This document shows positions 60,122 through 64,000 of a stretch of DNA of 64,000 bases, one piece after another. Source of the stretch: Bacteroidales bacterium (GTDB lineage Bacteria > Bacteroidota > Bacteroidia > Bacteroidales > UBA1715). How positions within the stretch are numbered: position 1 is the stretch's first letter; the number at the start of each line of letters is the position of its first letter. The notes under the pieces are model-generated. The model worked only from the letters and a program-made list of their open reading frames with translations, was not told where the DNA came from and made no database searches. Both the position numbers and the translations under genes were made by a program. The stretch is taken from NCBI GenBank assembly GCA_045600045.1, contig JAZRXD010000089.1, positions 5,413 to 69,412 on the forward strand, given 5' to 3'.

Positions 60122-60775
60122 ATGATACACGTTGTTATAGTTGGAATCCACAATTTGCAATCAGAGAGCATTGCAATGATGATTGAATCAAATCCAGAAT
60201 TCAAAGTTTTGGATATTAGAACTCGTACAATCGATTTTTTACAAAAAACGTATGACGAGCCTGTCCACATTGTGATAAAAAACATTCCAAAGATTACCGA
60301 AACCGATATTTCCGACGTTGAGGAAATCCAAAAAGTGTATCCACGAGCAAAAGTCCTTATCATTTCTTACGCCGAAAACGAAGAAACTATTTTCAACATT
60401 ATAAAAGTTGGAGCAAAAGGTTTTCTTTCGCACGACGCAACCAGACAAGACTTGTTCGAGGCAATCTATTCCCTACGAAACGGTTTCGATTACTTCAGCA
60501 AATGCATCACCAACATTTTGTTGAACCGTTACGTGTCGTCGATTCAAAACAACGAAAAGCCAGAGAACGAAGAGGTTGAAAAACTTAGTTCCCGAGAAAT
60601 AGAAATCTTATCTCTTTGGGGAAGTAGTTACACAAACCCTGAAATTGCTGATTCTTTGCATATTAGCGTAAGAACCGTTGAAACACACAAAACACATATC
60701 ATGCAAAAACTCAACCTCAAAACCCAGGTTGACCTTATCAAGTATGCAATAAAAAACAATATCATTAACTTATAA
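60122..60775 (+). CDS. NarL/LuxR-family response regulator with a degenerate receiver domain
   Basis: LSSREIEIL...IADSLHISVRTVETHKTHIMQKL LuxR HTH; a receiver-like N-terminus lacking the conserved Asp and Lys residues. Confidence 0.9.
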   Translation: MIHVVIVGIHNLQSESIAMMIESNPEFKVLDIRTRTIDFLQKTYDEPVHIVIKNIPKITETDISDVEEIQKVYPRAKVLIISYAENEETIFNIIKVGAKGFLSHDATRQDLFEAIYSLRNGFDYFSKCITNILLNRYVSSIQNNEKPENEEVEKLSSREIEILSLWGSSYTNPEIADSLHISVRTVETHKTHIMQKLNLKTQVDLIKYAIKNNIINL

Positions 60776-62271
60776 TGAATTGTAAATACGATATAGTTAT
60801 TGTTGGAAGCGGCCTTGGTGGACTTGTATGTGGTTACATTTTGGCGAAAAAAGGCTTCAAAATAGCAATACTTGAAAAAAATGCACAAATTGGCGGTTGT
60901 TTGCAAACATTCAAACGCAACGGTGTAAAATTCGACACCGGAATGCACTATATCGGTAGTATGGAAGAAGGCCAAATCCTCTATCGTTTTTGGAAATATC
61001 TTGGTTTAACAGAAAATGTTCCTCTTCAACGTTTGAATAATGACGGTTTCGATGTGATTTCGCTCAACGGAACGCAATATAAATTCGCTTCGGGCTACGA
61101 CAATTTCATCAATACTTTGGCAAAACAATTTCCCAATAATGTTGACGATTTGCAAGATTACATTAAACGAGTACGCGACATTGCCGATGCCTCACCGTTG
61201 TACAATCTGCGTAAAATCCAAAACAATGTTTTTTTGGAACCCGACTACATCAAAACAAGCATAAACGATTTTATAGCCGGATCAACACAAAATCCTGTTT
61301 TACAGAATGTTTTGGCGGGAAATCTGCCTCTTTATGCTGGTGTAAAAGACAAAACACCAACATACATCCATGCGTTAATCACAAACTTTTATATCCAAAG
61401 TGCCTATAGAATCATTGGAGGAAGCGACAAAATCGCTAAATCCTTAGCTGATTCCATAAAAAACTTTGGCGGTGAAATTTTCACAAACGCTGAAGTTGAT
61501 AAATTCATTTGCGACAACGAAAAAGCAACAGCGGTAAAACTCACAAATGGCGAAATCTTTGAAGCAAAACACTTCATTTCGAACGTACATCCGCAAATAA
61601 CAATCAGCAAAATCGATACTCCAATGATTAGGAAAGCTTACAGGATGAGAATCAACGGATTACAAAACACAATTTCAAACTTTACCGTTTACATTAAGTT
61701 TAAGAAAAATTGTACTCCATACCTAAACTACAACTATTACTACTATAAAAATTCCGATGTTTGGGCAGGAAATGACTACAATCCCGACACTTGGCCTGAA
61801 CAATTTTTATTTATGCACCAATGCAAAGATGCCAATCAACAATTTGCAGAAAGTGCCGAATTGATTGGTTATATGCGCTATGACGAAGTTGAAAAATGGA
61901 CCGGGACAAAAGTTGGACATCGTGGCGAAGAGTATGAAACATTCAAAAAAATAAAAGCAGAACGAATGCTCAAGGAATTAGAATTATCGTTTCCCGGCAT
62001 CAACAACTGCATTGAATCTTACTCAACCTCAACCCCGCTCACATACGAGAACTACACAAACACAATGTATGGTTCTATGTATGGAATTATTCGAGATAAA
62101 AATTTCCCGACACAAACGCTTGTATCACAACGCACAAAAATTCCAAACCTTTTTATGACGGGACAAAACATCAATTCCCATGGAATTTTAGGTGTAACAA
62201 TCGGTGCTGTAATCACTTGCGCCGAATTTCTTGGGTTAAACGAAGTCATTCAAGAATTTTACGAAGACTGA
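60775..62271 (+). CDS. Phytoene desaturase (CrtI)/retinol-saturase-like FAD-dependent oxidoreductase
   Basis: VGSGLGGL, EKNAQIGGC, FDTGMHYIG, TPLTYENY...GSMYG and LFMTGQNINSHGILGV motifs. Confidence 0.88.
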   Translation: MNCKYDIVIVGSGLGGLVCGYILAKKGFKIAILEKNAQIGGCLQTFKRNGVKFDTGMHYIGSMEEGQILYRFWKYLGLTENVPLQRLNNDGFDVISLNGTQYKFASGYDNFINTLAKQFPNNVDDLQDYIKRVRDIADASPLYNLRKIQNNVFLEPDYIKTSINDFIAGSTQNPVLQNVLAGNLPLYAGVKDKTPTYIHALITNFYIQSAYRIIGGSDKIAKSLADSIKNFGGEIFTNAEVDKFICDNEKATAVKLTNGEIFEAKHFISNVHPQITISKIDTPMIRKAYRMRINGLQNTISNFTVYIKFKKNCTPYLNYNYYYYKNSDVWAGNDYNPDTWPEQFLFMHQCKDANQQFAESAELIGYMRYDEVEKWTGTKVGHRGEEYETFKKIKAERMLKELELSFPGINNCIESYSTSTPLTYENYTNTMYGSMYGIIRDKNFPTQTLVSQRTKIPNLFMTGQNINSHGILGVTIGAVITCAEFLGLNEVIQEFYED

Positions 62272-62874
62272 GTTCAAGTACCGAAAATGGTGAATATGCT
62301 CCGTTAGTACTAAACTTTGATTGACTCAAAATTTTTTCAAAAAAGAAATATTAAACGGAATTATGCACTTTAATCGTGTAAAAACTTTTCTTGTACTTTC
62401 TTACTTGAATAAGAAAGTATCAGTGAATATTTACAAGACGGAAGTACACAATTCCGGGCTGAATTAATTCGTATCAGATTTTTTAAGGAAATGTACACAA
62501 GCGATACTTCTCATACGATTCAAATCGAAAAGCAATTGATTATTTGAAAGGTGAACAAATAGGTAATATTCTTCATATAAAACAAAGTGCAGAAAAATGT
62601 ATAATTCCAATTAAAATTCTCTTTCTCCTGTCCACAATTTGTCGTGATCATAACTCAACCATTTAGGATTTTCATAGCTCTTGACTGAAGTTTGCTCTAT
62701 TTTGGGGTTGATTGATTTATGGACATTGCGGAGTTTGCCACAATTATTCTCCGCAAAAATTTGGTAATCTGTTGAATAGTAATCCATTAGCAATAACCAA
62801 TCCATCACATTGATTTCTTGTTTCTGACGGCAAAGAATCGGACTTGATTTCCTGTGTAAATGTTGTATTTATGC

Positions 62875-62916
62875 TTTCCAAACCAAGGGTTGCGGGTTCG
62901 AGTCCCGTTTCTCGCT
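62875..62916 (+). pseudogene. 3' half of tRNA-Gly(TCC); att-site-like remnant
   Basis: TTTCCAA loop, ACCAA, GGGTT, T-arm GCGGG-TTCGAGT-CCCGT, acceptor 3' strand TTCTCGC and discriminator T. There is no D-arm or 5' acceptor strand upstream. Confidence 0.8.
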
Positions 62917-63069
62917 CTTTAACCCATAAGCACTTACTGATTTGCAAGTATTTTTTTATGATAACCACAATACCTTAATCTAAAAATCACATTGCAATTA
63001 TTTACGTCATTTTATTGATTTTTTGTTTCTTTGTCACGTTTTAAAACACGGGGTTAATAGTTATACAAT

Positions 63070-64000
63070 ATGAAAAAAGTATCATTCATGCTACGCATGT
63101 CTGCTTTGTTAAGTTGCTTATTTATGGCAGCTAATTTCTGTTATGCGACAGAGTCTCAACCTTCTGGCGACGGAACTGCAGAAAGTCCTTATCAAATTTC
63201 CAATGCCGATGAACTTTACTGGTTTGCCGATTTTGTAAATCAAGGTGGCGATAATGCCCAAGCCAATGCCGTGCTTACAGACGACATCACTATCAATGCC
63301 AATCTGCTTACAGATATGATTGAAATAGATGCTGACGGCAAGGCAACCATTAAAGGCGAAAATCCACAAACGTGGACAGGTATCTTTAATTATAAAGGTA
63401 CTTTCGATGGTGCCAACCACACAATTAGCGGACTTTATTCCAATGAAGAAAATGCTGTTTTTGTCGGCTTATTTATGAATAACTATGGCACAATAAAAAA
63501 TGTAAAAATAACCGATACTTATTTCTATGGCAATGGTACTATAGGTGGTATCTGTGATTCTAACGAAGGTATTATCGAAAATTGTTCCTTTTCTGGCTTT
63601 GTTGCTTGTGATGAAAATTTTGTCGGTGGTATATGTGGTGATAATAATGGTGACATCACAAACTGTTACAATATAGGCTCGGTGAAAGCAGGTGGAAAAT
63701 ATGCAGGCGGTATATGTGAGAATAATAACGGCACCATCACAAACTGTTACAATATAGGCCCGGTGACAGGTGGTGATAGTTATGTAGGTGGTATATGTGG
63801 TAATAATAATGGAGACATCACAACTAGCTACAATATTGGTTCGGTGAAAGCTGGTAGAAGTTATGCAGGCGGTATATGTGGTAATAATACTGGAGACATC
63901 ACAACTAGCTACAATACTGGCTCGGTGACAAGTAAAAGCAACAGTGCAGGCGTATGTGGAATCAATGAAAGCTCCATTACAAATTGCTACAATACAGCTG
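63070..64000 (+). CDS. GLUG-motif beta-helix surface protein (3' truncated; absent from the supplied ORF track)
   Basis: Manual translation gives MKKVSFMLRMSALLSCLFMAANFCYA-TESQPSGDGTAESPYQI...FDGANHTISGL, then 27-aa GGICGxNNGxITNCYNxGSV repeats; the frame is open to the window end. Confidence 0.9.
   Translation, partial: MKKVSFMLRMSALLSCLFMAANFCYATESQPSGDGTAESPYQISNADELYWFADFVNQGGDNAQANAVLTDDITINANLLTDMIEIDADGKATIKGENPQTWTGIFNYKGTFDGANHTISGLYSNEENAVFVGLFMNNYGTIKNVKITDTYFYGNGTIGGICDSNEGIIENCSFSGFVACDENFVGGICGDNNGDITNCYNIGSVKAGGKYAGGICENNNGTITNCYNIGPVTGGDSYVGGICGNNNGDITTSYNIGSVKAGRSYAGGICGNNTGDITTSYNTGSVTSKSNSAGVCGINESSITNCYNTA
63622..63990 (+). repeat. Intragenic 81-nt (27-aa) GLUG-like tandem repeats, about 4.5 copies
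   Basis: GGTATATGTG and ATCACAA(A/C) recur about every 81 nt. Confidence 0.85.

Noticed and set aside
62744-62968. 74-aa minus-strand ORF
   Set aside because: ERETGLEPATLGLES is the typical antisense translation of a tRNA T-arm, not a gene.
63118-63420. 100-aa minus-strand ORF
   Set aside because: It is the shadow of the real plus-strand GLUG gene starting at 63070.

Overview
A 64-kb chromosomal segment of a Bacteroidales-type anaerobe, judged from TAnnTTTG promoters, T9SS cargo proteins, GldH and TonB-dependent receptors. It mixes housekeeping genes (tsaE, tkt, pgk, holB, trmB, rsmE, AddA-like helicase-nuclease, tRNA-Lys) with accessory loci. Transport and stress loci: a TolC/MacAB-type efflux operon, perR-reverse rubrerythrin, and a TPP-riboswitch thiamine-salvage operon (TBDR-pnuC-thiN). 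Defence: a C5-methyltransferase plus putative endonuclease wedged into a co-directional gene run. Surface proteins: several repeat-rich secreted proteins. Unassigned: a B12-radical-SAM operon. Best candidates for undescribed biology: (1) a 1255-aa GAF-like x2/REC x2/PPDK-type ATP-grasp/His-domain protein followed by a LuxR regulator that has lost its phospho-acceptor residues and a CrtI-like reductase; (2) a Hanks-fold pseudokinase; (3) a membrane-anchored ORF ending DIIYPFNYFW-stop plus an RNA hairpin upstream of nhaD; (4) an orphan tRNA-Gly 3' half (att-like scar) at 62.9 kb. I saw no CRISPR array, rRNA, integrase, transposase or reverse transcriptase. No searches were run: family names come from motifs and recall. 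Several starts were moved downstream of the supplied ORF starts using promoter, signal-peptide or overlap logic.
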